From assembly GCA_963702005.1 (NCBI GenBank), contig OY969696.1, forward strand, positions 3,456,001-3,520,000: a DNA stretch of 64,000 nt, in the 5' to 3' direction. The position numbers and the translations under genes are program-made. The stretch comes from Candidatus Aminicenantes bacterium (GTDB lineage: Bacteria > Acidobacteriota > Aminicenantia > Aminicenantales > JAFGBC01). Positions 1 through 9,107 of this stretch are shown here, piece by piece; the stretch's first letter is position 1, and every line of letters begins with the position of its first letter. A model generated the notes under the pieces. That model searched no databases and was not told the origin of the DNA. It saw only the letters and a program-made list of their open reading frames with translations.

Positions 1-1
1 C

Positions 2-934
2 ACAGCGACGCGGATCGCGGCGGTCGCCCCGGCGCCGTCATCTCCGAGCCTTCTCTATGCCGTCGCCTATGACCAGGGCGTCGCCAAAAGCGCGGATGCC
101 GGCCGGACCTGGAAAATCGTCTGGCCTATTTACGGCTGCGAATCCATCCCCAGCTTATCCGTCCATCCTAAAAATTCGAACCGCCTGCTGGTCCTCCTCG
201 AATCGGGCTGAACGAAATTCTTTTACGTCTTCAGGTCTGAAGACGGCGGGAAAAAATGGGCGAGAGTCCTGGACGAGCTCAGAATCCGGGATCTGGCCAG
301 GGCGGCGAACGATCCCGAGCACATCGTCTGCTGCGGCGAAACTCTCGACGACCCAAAATATCCAATGGCCTTATTCGCCTCACGGGACGGAGGAAAGACC
401 TGGACGAAGATCCGCATCACCTCCGTGAGCGGCTGCGGTTACGCCGTCGCCCTGGACCCCAAGGACAGCCGCCTCATCTTTGTCGGCGGCACGAAACAAA
501 GCAAGGCCGCCCTGTTCAAGACGGACGACGGCGGGTCAAGCTGGCGCGAGATCACGGGGCCGATCAAAGGGACCGTTGCCGAACTGGCTCTCGATCCGCG
601 GACTTCCCAAACGATCTACGCCGGAACCGCCAACGGCCTGTACCGAAGCCAAAACGGCGGCCAGGCCTGGGAGCGGACGGCCAAGTTCGACGTCCGCGCG
701 ATCAGGGTCGACCCGAACTCGCCCGACCGGATGTGGGCCGGCGGCGAAGACGGCCTCTTCGTAAGTTCCAACGGAGGGACGACCTGGACGTCGGTCCCCG
801 GCCTCACGATCAATAAAATCATCTGCCTCGAGTTCGATCCCAAAAAAGGCGTCCTCTACGTTGGGACGGACGGGGGCGGCCTGTCCATGGCGGCCGTTCC
901 ATCCGCGGCCGACCCGGCCGCACGAGGGCGATGA
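2..934 (+). CDS. Asp-box/BNR-repeat (VPS10/YCF48-like) beta-propeller protein, 5'-truncated, with in-frame TGA at 209-211 (candidate selenocysteine)
   Basis: Frame 2 is open from base 2 to 934 except one TGA. Asp-box motifs lie on both sides of it: KSADAGRTW before; RSEDGGKKW, SRDGGKTW, KTDDGGSSW, RSQNGGQAW, VSSNGGTTW after. The ORF track shows only the 365-934 part. Confidence 0.85.
209..245 (+). promoter_or_regulatory. Candidate bacterial SECIS element (UGA + hairpin)
   Basis: TGA at 209-211; perfect stem CGTCTTCA (226-233) / TGAAGACG (238-245) with loop GGTC starting 22 nt after the UGA; CAGGTCTG is identical to the apex of the E. coli fdhF SECIS. Confidence 0.75.
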
Positions 935-959
935 ACTTATTTCAGCGTAAAGGTGCCCG

Positions 960-2732
960 ATGAAGAAGTTTTTTAAGAATCGTTCGCTTCTCGTCGTCGG
1001 GGCTCTTATCCTGGGACTATTCCTCGGCCTCGGAAACTGCAAAATCTCGCTCGGCCCCGCACCGGCCCTTCCCCACCCCAGCCCCCATCAGGCCTATTTG
1101 AAAGCGCTGACGTCCATCCCGCCCCGAAACTCCGGCGGCCTATGGCCTTTTTACAAGGACGAATTCGGGCCCGCCCTCCCCGACCGGACCGAGTCGGAGA
1201 TCGACCAGATGGCGGACAGGGCCAAGCGGCTCAAGGAGGCCGGGTCCCAGTACATCGGGCTCTGGATTCCCTGGGGCGAGGTCGAGCCGGAGCCGGGCCG
1301 GTTCGAGTTCGGGAAATTCGAGCGGCTCTTTGCCGCGGCGGTCGCGACGGGCCAGAAGCTCGAGATCAACCTGGCCAGCTCGATGTACCCAGCCTGGTTC
1401 TACGAATCGGCCCTCCGGCCCGATTCCGGCGCGAATATGCTCTGGTTCTGGAACGATGCCGGTCCCGTTCCCGGCGCGGCCCCGGAGATAGCCCTCGGGA
1501 CGCATCATCAATACCAGCCGAGACGCGTCCAGTCCCCGCCCCTAAGTCTCTGGGCGCCGCCGGAGGTCAAGGCTTACCTTAAAAGGTTCGTCGACCGGGC
1601 CTTCGATGACCTGCTCGATAAATGGGCGCCGGCGATCCTCTACGTTCAGTTCAGCCTGGGACGCCTCAACGAGCCGACCTACCCGGACCGTGAGCACTTC
1701 TGGTGCTACGACCGCAGCGCCGTCGCGGATTTCAGGGCCCGGATGGAGGCGAAGTACGGGACGATCGAGCATCTGAACGAAGCCTGGAGGACGAATCATC
1801 CCGATTTCTCCACGATCGGACCGCCCGTCCCTCCCTTCAAAGGCGTCAACCCCATCCACCGCATGGAATTCTTCAACTGGTACCGGGACTCGAAACGGCG
1901 CTGGGTCCTCGAGGCAACCGGCTGGATCCAGTCCCGGCTGAAGCCGTGGCAGCGGAACCTTGTCTATGTGGCGGGCGGTTCGGGCGACGTCGACCTCGCC
2001 GAACAAGGACAAACCTATCTCGAGCAAGGCCCCGGCCTGGATTGGACCGATTGGACCCTCGCCCCCGCCGTCAAGGACACGATCCGGGCCATGGAGGATA
2101 ATTTCTGGATCGTAAGGAAGGCCAAGGAATTCGGCTGGGCCCTGCAGTACGCGGGTGTGGCGGGGTTGAGCGAAGCGGAGGAGTTGGCCCTCTGCAAACA
2201 TAATCCGGTCTGCCGCGAGGTCCCCCGCTACGCCGAGTCGATCGGCTTCACGGGCCCCATCTACGCCCAGATCCCATTCCTGAGGAAGGACTTCCGGCAG
2301 CCCGAGTTCGTCGCCGAGCAGATCTATACCTACGACGCGGGCTACCACGGCCTCCACTGGACGAACGACGAGAACTTGTTCGGTCCCCAGGACGGGGCCC
2401 GCCTGCAGTCTCTCGAGCGGGCCTGGCGCAACATCCAGCTCTATTTCGGGACGGACGCCCAACCTCCGGCCATCCTCGCGGTCCAGGAGCAGGTCTCGGG
2501 CCGGACGGCCGAGGTCAGGTGGACGACGGACGAGCCGAGCGAAGGATTCGTCCTCTACGGCCTGTCGCCGAGCCGGCTCAACCGGCTGTCGTCCCTCGAC
2601 GCCCTCGCCGCCGATCACTCCATTTCGCTCGAGGGGCTGGCCGAGAACGCGACCTACTATTACTCGGTCTTTGCAACGGACGCCTTCGGAAACTCCTCGG
2701 TGACCCCCGTCAAGTCCTTCGCCGTCCGTTGA
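960..2732 (+). CDS. Secreted glycoside hydrolase-like protein (GH42/GH14-like TIM barrel) with C-terminal Fn3-like domain
   Basis: N-terminal hydrophobic signal; IPWGEVEPEPGRFEF, LGRLNEPTYP, FWCYDRSAVADFR and KYGTIEHLNEAW motifs; C-terminal VRWTTDEPS...YG...H...L.GL...TYYY Fn3 pattern. Confidence 0.65.
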   Translation: MKKFFKNRSLLVVGALILGLFLGLGNCKISLGPAPALPHPSPHQAYLKALTSIPPRNSGGLWPFYKDEFGPALPDRTESEIDQMADRAKRLKEAGSQYIGLWIPWGEVEPEPGRFEFGKFERLFAAAVATGQKLEINLASSMYPAWFYESALRPDSGANMLWFWNDAGPVPGAAPEIALGTHHQYQPRRVQSPPLSLWAPPEVKAYLKRFVDRAFDDLLDKWAPAILYVQFSLGRLNEPTYPDREHFWCYDRSAVADFRARMEAKYGTIEHLNEAWRTNHPDFSTIGPPVPPFKGVNPIHRMEFFNWYRDSKRRWVLEATGWIQSRLKPWQRNLVYVAGGSGDVDLAEQGQTYLEQGPGLDWTDWTLAPAVKDTIRAMEDNFWIVRKAKEFGWALQYAGVAGLSEAEELALCKHNPVCREVPRYAESIGFTGPIYAQIPFLRKDFRQPEFVAEQIYTYDAGYHGLHWTNDENLFGPQDGARLQSLERAWRNIQLYFGTDAQPPAILAVQEQVSGRTAEVRWTTDEPSEGFVLYGLSPSRLNRLSSLDALAADHSISLEGLAENATYYYSVFATDAFGNSSVTPVKSFAVR

Positions 2733-2793
2733 CGTCTTTACGCCGGCCGCTGTCGCGCCTATAATCGGACGGGATCGAAAGGAGAAAATCATT

Positions 2794-3390
2794 ATGAAGA
2801 AAACCCTTTGGATCACGCTTTTAATTACGGCGGTCTTGACCCTCGGGATCGCGACGGCCCAGGACAAGCCCATGACCGCGGACCAGCAGAAGGCCGTCGA
2901 AGCCTACCTGAAAATGGGAGCCGTCGGCCCCAACCACGAATTCTTGAAGACCTACGCCGGGGAATGGGCGATGACGACGAAGGCCTGGATGACGCCCGGC
3001 CAGCCCCCGTCCTTGAGCCGGAGCACGATCACGGCCGAGCTCATTCACGGCGGGCGCTTCCTGCTCATGCGCTACAAAGGCACCATGTTCGGCCAACCCT
3101 TCGAGGGGCTCCAAATCATCGGCTACGACAACCTCCACCAGAAATACGTCACCTTCTGGATCGACAATACGAGCACGCTTTATTATCTGACCTCGGGGAC
3201 GCGCGACGCTTCCGGCAAAGTCCTCAACGAGACCGGCCTCTGGCCTGATCCCGTGACCGGCAAGGACGTCAAGATCCGGGCCCGGACCATCTTCATCGGC
3301 CCCGACGAATTCAGCTACGAGCAGTTCATGCCCCTCCCGGACGGCAAGGAATTCAAGAGCATGGATAATCATTGCACGCGCAAGAAGTGA
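2794..3390 (+). CDS. DUF1579-family exported protein
   Basis: Signal peptide; GPNHEFL..YAGEW, GGRFL, FEGLQIIGYDN...YVTFWIDN motifs; RBS AAGGAG. Confidence 0.8.
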   Translation: MKKTLWITLLITAVLTLGIATAQDKPMTADQQKAVEAYLKMGAVGPNHEFLKTYAGEWAMTTKAWMTPGQPPSLSRSTITAELIHGGRFLLMRYKGTMFGQPFEGLQIIGYDNLHQKYVTFWIDNTSTLYYLTSGTRDASGKVLNETGLWPDPVTGKDVKIRARTIFIGPDEFSYEQFMPLPDGKEFKSMDNHCTRKK

Positions 3391-5414
3391 AGCGCGCGGC
3401 CTTCGCCGCGCTCGCCCTGGCGGTTGTCCTGGGACTTTTCGCCGGAAGCGGTGAAGCCCCGGGCCGGGTCAATTTTCCCAACGCTTCGGATATCATTCCC
3501 GACCTGGGAGGGACGCCGCTCCGCTTCATCCCCAATCCCGACCCTGCGCCGGGCAGCGCTCTTTTCCTGGCCAAAACTCCTCGCTATGCGCTCAGCGTCT
3601 GGAGGAACGGGTTGGCCTTTGACGGAACGCGCATGGTTTTCCGGGGAGCGAATCCGCGGGTCGACGTCGTTCCGCTCAATCCGCTGGAGTCCCGCATGAA
3701 CATATTTCTGGGCGACGACCCGGCGCGCTGGAAGACGGATATCCCCTGCTTCGGGGCCGTTCTCTTCAAGCGGGTCTATCCCGGGATCGACCTTAAGGTC
3801 TACGGCGTCGCAAATAGGATCGAATACGACTGGATTCTGGAACCGGGCGCCGACCCGGGCAGGATCCAATTCGCCTATGAGGACATCCGGGATGCCGCCG
3901 TCGACGCCGAAGGAAACCTCGTAGTCCGAACAGAGACCGAAGAGATGGTTCAGGGGAAACCTCGGGTCTATCAAGAATCTTGCGACGATCGGGATGCGGT
4001 CGAAGCGTCGTTCCAAAACCTCGGTGGCGCGGCGTTCGGGTTTAAGCTCGGCCCCTACGATCGCGGCCGCCCCCTTGTCATCGACCCGGCCGTCCTGGCC
4101 TTTTCGACCTATCTCGGCGGCGACCTCAACGATTACGCTTCCGCGGTCGCTGTGGACGCGGCCGGATACATCTACGTCACGGGCAAAACCCGGAGCCCCA
4201 ATTTCCCGGTCAAGACGCCGTTCCAGACCGACCGCAATATCGAGGACGCCTTCATCGCGAAATTCACTCCATCGGGACGCTCCCTCGTCTACTCCACATA
4301 CATCGGAGGAAGCGATTACGACTTCGCCCTGGCCATCGCCGTGGACGCGGACGGCTGCCCGACGATCTCCGGCGGGACGCTGAGCTCGGACCTGCCGCTC
4401 AAGAATCCCATCCAGCGGCACTATCCGGGCCGTGACGCATTCGTCACCAAGCTCTCCGCGGCGGGAAACAGCCTCGTCTATTCGACCTACTTGGGCGGGA
4501 GCGATCTCGATGAGTCCTACGACCTGGCCCTCGACGCGGCCGGGAACGCGGTCGTCGTCGGCCGCACCGAAAGCGCGGATTTCCCGACCCTAACCCCGCT
4601 CCAGCGCGACCGGCCTCGCGCCGACGGCTTTGTCGCCAAGTTCGCCGGCGCGACCGGCGCGCTCGTTTTTTCGACCTACCTCGGCGGGAACGGCGTCGAC
4701 ACCATCAACGGCGTCGCCCTGGACGGACAGGGAGCCGTCTACCTGACCGGCAACACCGAGAGCACGGACCTGCGGCTCAAGAATCCTTTCCAAACCGACC
4801 AACCCGGAACGGATGCTTTCGTCATGAAGCTCGCGCCGAACGGGCGGTCTCTTATCTTCGCGACCTACCTGGGCGGCAGCGCCTACGACTACGCGACCTC
4901 GATCGCGGCGGACGCGGACGGCGCCGTCTATGTCGCGGGCGGGACCGACAGCGCGAACTTTCCCCTCAGCAAGCCGTTCCAAAAAAAGCGGCCCGGCCGG
5001 GACGCCTTTCTGGCCAAGTTCGATCCCTCCGGGAAGAGCCTCGTCTACTCGACCTGTCTCGGCGGAAGCGACTACGACCTCGCCTGGGCCGTCGCCCTCG
5101 GAAGCGACGGCAGCGCCTCAATAGCCGGCGAGACGATGAGCCCGGACTTCCCGCGCAAGGGCTCTTTTCAGGGCGATAAGCCCGACTCGGACGCTTTTAT
5201 CGCCAAGTTCAAGCCGGACGGGAGCGGACTCGTTTACTCGAGCTACTTGGGAGGGAACGGCGCCGACTACGCCTACGGCGGCGCCCTGGACGCGGCCGGA
5301 AACTTTTATGTCGTGGGCTGGACGGCGAGCACGGACTTTCCCACCGTTAAGGCCTTCCAAACCGACCGGGGCGACCGCGACGCTTTCTTGGCTAAGGTCG
5401 TGTTCGGCCGCTGA
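3387..5414 (+). CDS. SBBP-repeat beta-propeller protein with DUF7948-like N-terminal domain
   Basis: GTG start overlapping the upstream stop (GTGA); signal peptide; YPGIDLKVYG..IEYDWILEPGADP N-domain; seven STYLGG...AVD..G..YV.G.T.S.DFP...DAFV.K repeats. Confidence 0.88.
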   Translation: MKRAAFAALALAVVLGLFAGSGEAPGRVNFPNASDIIPDLGGTPLRFIPNPDPAPGSALFLAKTPRYALSVWRNGLAFDGTRMVFRGANPRVDVVPLNPLESRMNIFLGDDPARWKTDIPCFGAVLFKRVYPGIDLKVYGVANRIEYDWILEPGADPGRIQFAYEDIRDAAVDAEGNLVVRTETEEMVQGKPRVYQESCDDRDAVEASFQNLGGAAFGFKLGPYDRGRPLVIDPAVLAFSTYLGGDLNDYASAVAVDAAGYIYVTGKTRSPNFPVKTPFQTDRNIEDAFIAKFTPSGRSLVYSTYIGGSDYDFALAIAVDADGCPTISGGTLSSDLPLKNPIQRHYPGRDAFVTKLSAAGNSLVYSTYLGGSDLDESYDLALDAAGNAVVVGRTESADFPTLTPLQRDRPRADGFVAKFAGATGALVFSTYLGGNGVDTINGVALDGQGAVYLTGNTESTDLRLKNPFQTDQPGTDAFVMKLAPNGRSLIFATYLGGSAYDYATSIAADADGAVYVAGGTDSANFPLSKPFQKKRPGRDAFLAKFDPSGKSLVYSTCLGGSDYDLAWAVALGSDGSASIAGETMSPDFPRKGSFQGDKPDSDAFIAKFKPDGSGLVYSSYLGGNGADYAYGGALDAAGNFYVVGWTASTDFPTVKAFQTDRGDRDAFLAKVVFGR

Positions 5415-5419
5415 TCCGC

Positions 5420-6661
5420 TCAGGTCTCGGCGTCATCATCTCCGCCCGCGACGGCTTCGGGCTCGAGGAGCGGCGGCTCGGGCTCGATCCCCTTTTCGAG
5501 TCTCAGGTCCTCGATCCGGCGGAGCTGGCGCTCGAGTTGGTTGCGCCGCGTCGTCGTCAGCCGGTCGTATTCCTCCTGGGCCTGATGGATCTTGGCGCCC
5601 ATTTTATCCAAGGAGTCCACGAAAGCCGCCCACTGTTTGTTGAACCCGCCCAGAAGGGCCATGATCCGGCCCGCGGTCTTTTCCAGGTTGAAGTTCTCCA
5701 TGGCCTGGCGGATGACGGCCAGGATGGCGTAGAGGGTGATCGGCGAGCAGAGAATGACCTTTTTCTTGAGCGCTTCGTCGAGGAGAGTCGAGTCATTCTC
5801 GTTGATGAAGGCGTAGACCTGTTCGTTGGGGATAAAGACCAGGACGTAGTCGAGCGTGTTCTCCTCGGGGTTGATGTACTCGCGGGTCGTGACTTCCTTG
5901 ATCCGATTTTTCACGTCGCGCAAGAACTGGCCCTTGTAGGATTCCTTGTCCGACTCGCCCGGCGCCTCGAGAAAGCGGAGGTAGTTGTCGAGCGGGAATT
6001 TGACGTCCATGTTGACCTTGCGGCCCTGGGGGAGGTTGAAGGTATAGTCGGGCCGGGCCGGGCCGGTGTCGAGGACCTGCTGCTTGAGGTAGTTGATTCC
6101 CTCGATGAATCCGGCCAGGCGGAGGACATCCTCGGCCATCCGCTCGCCCCATTGACCCCGGACCTTGGTCGAGGCCAGGGCCTCCCGAAGATGATGGGCC
6201 GTCTCCTGGAGTTTCGATGTCTGTTCGGCCGCGCTCTTGAGCTGGGTTTCGAGCTGGCCGAACTTCTGCTCCCGGTCCTTCTCCAGGGTTTTCATCAAAT
6301 CCTGGACCTTGCCCAGATCGTCCTTCATGGCCAGGAGAGTCTGATCGATCAGCTGTTTTTTCCCCTCCAATTCCATGCCGCCCGCCTGGGTCTGTTTGGA
6401 CAACGTTTCGTTGGCGAGCTTGAGGAGCTCCTGGGTGCTCTTGTTGAGCACATCGTGGGATAGGGCGCCGAAGGAATCCTTGACCCGGCTCAGAAGAATC
6501 TCCAGGTCCTGGACCCTCTGGGTCTGGACCTGGGCGATGAGCTCGCGCGCCATGGACCGGGCGCTCTTTTTCCTGATAGCTTGTACGATGATAAAGAGCA
6601 CGATGCCGATGATAAATCCGAGCGCTATCCCGAAAACGAAATAGCCGGTATTCTCACTCAT
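5420..6661 (-). CDS. rmuC: DNA recombination protein RmuC
   Basis: N-terminal TM helix, coiled coil, RGQWGE, RPD, DVKFPL, FIPNE and SPITL motifs. Confidence 0.92.
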   Translation of the reverse strand: MSENTGYFVFGIALGFIIGIVLFIIVQAIRKKSARSMARELIAQVQTQRVQDLEILLSRVKDSFGALSHDVLNKSTQELLKLANETLSKQTQAGGMELEGKKQLIDQTLLAMKDDLGKVQDLMKTLEKDREQKFGQLETQLKSAAEQTSKLQETAHHLREALASTKVRGQWGERMAEDVLRLAGFIEGINYLKQQVLDTGPARPDYTFNLPQGRKVNMDVKFPLDNYLRFLEAPGESDKESYKGQFLRDVKNRIKEVTTREYINPEENTLDYVLVFIPNEQVYAFINENDSTLLDEALKKKVILCSPITLYAILAVIRQAMENFNLEKTAGRIMALLGGFNKQWAAFVDSLDKMGAKIHQAQEEYDRLTTTRRNQLERQLRRIEDLRLEKGIEPEPPLLEPEAVAGGDDDAET

Positions 6662-6682
6662 TGCACGCTCTCCTTATTTCAT

Positions 6683-7057
6683 TCATCCGTTGTCCTCTTG
6701 ACCGCCGCCGCCCGGGCCGTCCTCGTCCAAGCCCTCATCTACGGCCTTGTCGATTTCATCGTCGAAGTCTTCGCCGATATTCTCGCCCATTTCATCGCCC
6801 ATCTCGCGGCCCATCGTCTTCATCCAGCGGGCCATGCTCTTGGGATCGTTCTCGTCGAGCCCGCCCAGCTTGGAGGGATCGGCCAGGCTCTCGGCCCGGC
6901 TTTCGCCGGAGCGGCGGACGGCGACCCGCGAGACGAGCTTCTCCAAGTTTGCGCTCCCGCATTTTTTGCACTTGGGGTCGAGGGCCGCCTTGACCGAGAG
7001 GGTGATGAAAGTGGACTTCCCTCCGCAGTCCCGGCAACGGTACTCGTAGATGGGCAT
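6683..7057 (-). CDS. FmdB-family zinc-ribbon protein
   Basis: MPIYEYRCRDCG...CKKCGS..LEKLVS with acidic tail. Confidence 0.9.
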   Translation of the reverse strand: MPIYEYRCRDCGGKSTFITLSVKAALDPKCKKCGSANLEKLVSRVAVRRSGESRAESLADPSKLGGLDENDPKSMARWMKTMGREMGDEMGENIGEDFDDEIDKAVDEGLDEDGPGGGGQEDNG

Positions 7058-7075
7058 TCGTGCTCCCGGGCCGGA

Positions 7076-7969
7076 TCAGATCAGGATTCCATCCTCCCAG
7101 CCGAGCCTGACGAGGTCGATCCGGGCCGGGTCGGCGATCCCTAAATGATGCCGCGTCTCGGCGTACATGATATGGTGGGGCAGCGGCTGCATGGGCCGTT
7201 CGTCGCCGAAGAAGGCCTTGCGCTTGGCCTGGATGACGCGGAGGCCGGTCGAGTCGGCCGCGACCGGATCCCGGCTGACGATGAGACCCTTATACTCCCA
7301 GACGAATTCCTTGCTGTAATTATGGGGGCCGATCGCGTGGAAGAGGGGCGTCAGCATGACCAGGACGTTGAGCCGGGTCTTCCCCTTGACCTGGGGCAGT
7401 TCCCAGATCTTGGCCAGATCGGCGCAACCGTCGTCGTGCCAGTCGGAAGGCTGGGGCGTGAACATGATGTAGTTCTTGAGGAGGCTCCCCATCCCCGCCC
7501 AATGATGAGCCCGGGCCGGCCGGGCGTTGACAAGGGCGGTCGCCGCCTTGAAGACAGGGTTGTCGCGGACACCGCGGTCGTCGATCGCGATCCGGTCCTC
7601 GGCGACGCCGGCATCCCTGACCCGCCGCTTGAGGGCTTGCTCAACCTGCGGCGTCGTCGGGATGTATTGCCAGACGTTGGTCTTGATGCCGACCGTATCC
7701 TCGGGCTTAATGATCTTCCTCCAGGCCGCGACCGGGTCCTTGTCTCCGAGCAGGGCGCAGACGGCCTCGTCGAGCATCTTCTGGATGACGGCGGGATCGG
7801 GATTGCCCGCGGCGTCGAGCGCGGCCGCGTCCCGAACAAGGATGACCTTGGCCCTGTCCGTGGACTGGGCAAGAGGCCGCGCGGCCAGCCTGGACACAAA
7901 GGCTCCGGCCAGGGGGGCGGCCGAGGCGACCTTCAGGAAATCCCGCCTTGAGAGGGCCTTAGGACTCAT
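7076..7969 (-). CDS. Tat-exported DUF362-like protein
   Basis: SRRDFLK twin-arginine signal; IKPEDTVGIKTN, SLLKNY and SRDPVAAD motifs. Confidence 0.75.
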   Translation of the reverse strand: MSPKALSRRDFLKVASAAPLAGAFVSRLAARPLAQSTDRAKVILVRDAAALDAAGNPDPAVIQKMLDEAVCALLGDKDPVAAWRKIIKPEDTVGIKTNVWQYIPTTPQVEQALKRRVRDAGVAEDRIAIDDRGVRDNPVFKAATALVNARPARAHHWAGMGSLLKNYIMFTPQPSDWHDDGCADLAKIWELPQVKGKTRLNVLVMLTPLFHAIGPHNYSKEFVWEYKGLIVSRDPVAADSTGLRVIQAKRKAFFGDERPMQPLPHHIMYAETRHHLGIADPARIDLVRLGWEDGILI

Positions 7970-7996
7970 GTTCGATTCCTCCTTTTAGGCTTCACT

Positions 7997-8923
7997 TCAA
8001 ATGCCGTTATCCCGGTTTTTCGCGTCCTGGGACGGACCGGTCCGCGCCAGGAGATTCCCGGCGGCAGCCTCGGAGGGCGCGTCGAAAACGATCGCGACCC
8101 TGTTCCATAAAAGGCGGGCCGCCGTCCACTTCCCGTTTTCGGTCCGGGCGGCGCGCGATTCGGCTCCTTCGGGCAGATAAGCGCGGAGGAAGCTCGATAA
8201 GGCTTCCCTGGCCAGGTCCGCGTCCGGATAGCGGACGATGAGGAGTCGGCCTAGAGCGCCTTTCTCTCCGTAAAGCCCCAGAACCGCCTCGGTTTTCTGG
8301 TCGAGGCGCAGGATATTTTCCTGAGAGACGAAATAGTGGATGTTGAGGACAAGATGGTTGTGGAAATAGCGCACCGACCGAGGATCGAGCCCTTGTTCGG
8401 GGAGGGCCGCGACGAGGTCGGGCAACGTTCCCTCGCCGGGGATGGCGGCCGCGACCTTCCCGGCCAGCCCAAACACGGCCGCCCGGGTCTCCGAGGTTTC
8501 GTCCTCGGCGTAAATCGAAACGAAGTAGCGATCCTTCCAGAACGAGAGCAGCCCGCCCTGGTAGGTCGAGCCCTGCCCGACCCGGGCGTCCTCGCCTTCG
8601 AGATCATGACTGAAGACGCCGAAGGCGTCCGCCGATATCCCCATATCGAAGAGGTCCACGATCAGGGCCGGACGGCCCGCGCGGCTCATGCGCCGGGCGA
8701 ACAGCCGGCGAAAGTTATAAGACCGATAGACCTCGCCCGCGCCGTCGATATATTTGAAGATCGTCTCGGAATCGAAGGACTGGTCCTCCTCCACCGTCCA
8801 GCCCTGGAATTCGGCGGGAACGAACACGGCCAAATCTTCGGTGTTCTGGGTATTCCGGGCCATGAGCCCCCCTCCTCCGACGGCGACGATTGCGAACAGG
8901 CAAAAACCGGCAACCCTCTTCAC
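7997..8923 (-). CDS. DUF6599-like exported protein
   Basis: IFKYIDGAGEVY..YNF, VDLFDMG..ADAFGVFS and LSFWKDRYFVSI motifs. Start chosen at GTG 8923, 7 nt downstream of a TACAAT -10 box. Confidence 0.7.
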   Translation of the reverse strand: MKRVAGFCLFAIVAVGGGGLMARNTQNTEDLAVFVPAEFQGWTVEEDQSFDSETIFKYIDGAGEVYRSYNFRRLFARRMSRAGRPALIVDLFDMGISADAFGVFSHDLEGEDARVGQGSTYQGGLLSFWKDRYFVSIYAEDETSETRAAVFGLAGKVAAAIPGEGTLPDLVAALPEQGLDPRSVRYFHNHLVLNIHYFVSQENILRLDQKTEAVLGLYGEKGALGRLLIVRYPDADLAREALSSFLRAYLPEGAESRAARTENGKWTAARLLWNRVAIVFDAPSEAAAGNLLARTGPSQDAKNRDNGI

Positions 8924-9040
8924 GATCCGGATTGTATCAGATTCGATGAACGATTTCGAGCCGTCGATGCGGAGGGCGGGTCGGGACAACCGAACCAGCG
9001 CCGGATGCCGGCCCAGCTAAGAGCGGCCTAACGAAGCCGG

Positions 9041-9069
9041 TTGACATATCCGGAACAAGAGTATATTTT
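9041..9069 (+). promoter_or_regulatory. Sigma70-type promoter of SBBP tandem cluster
   Basis: TTGACA (9041-9046), 17 nt spacer, TATTTT (overlapping TATATT), in an AT-rich intergenic stretch. Confidence 0.6.
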
Positions 9070-9107
9070 AAAAAAAGTAGAGTTTTAAGAGCCTGGGGAG
9101 GGTATCC

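Noticed and set aside
209-211. Genetic code 4/25 (UGA = Trp/Gly) as explanation of the in-frame TGA
   Set aside because: TGA is used as a normal stop by many genes in the window (for example 934, 2732, 3390, 5414).
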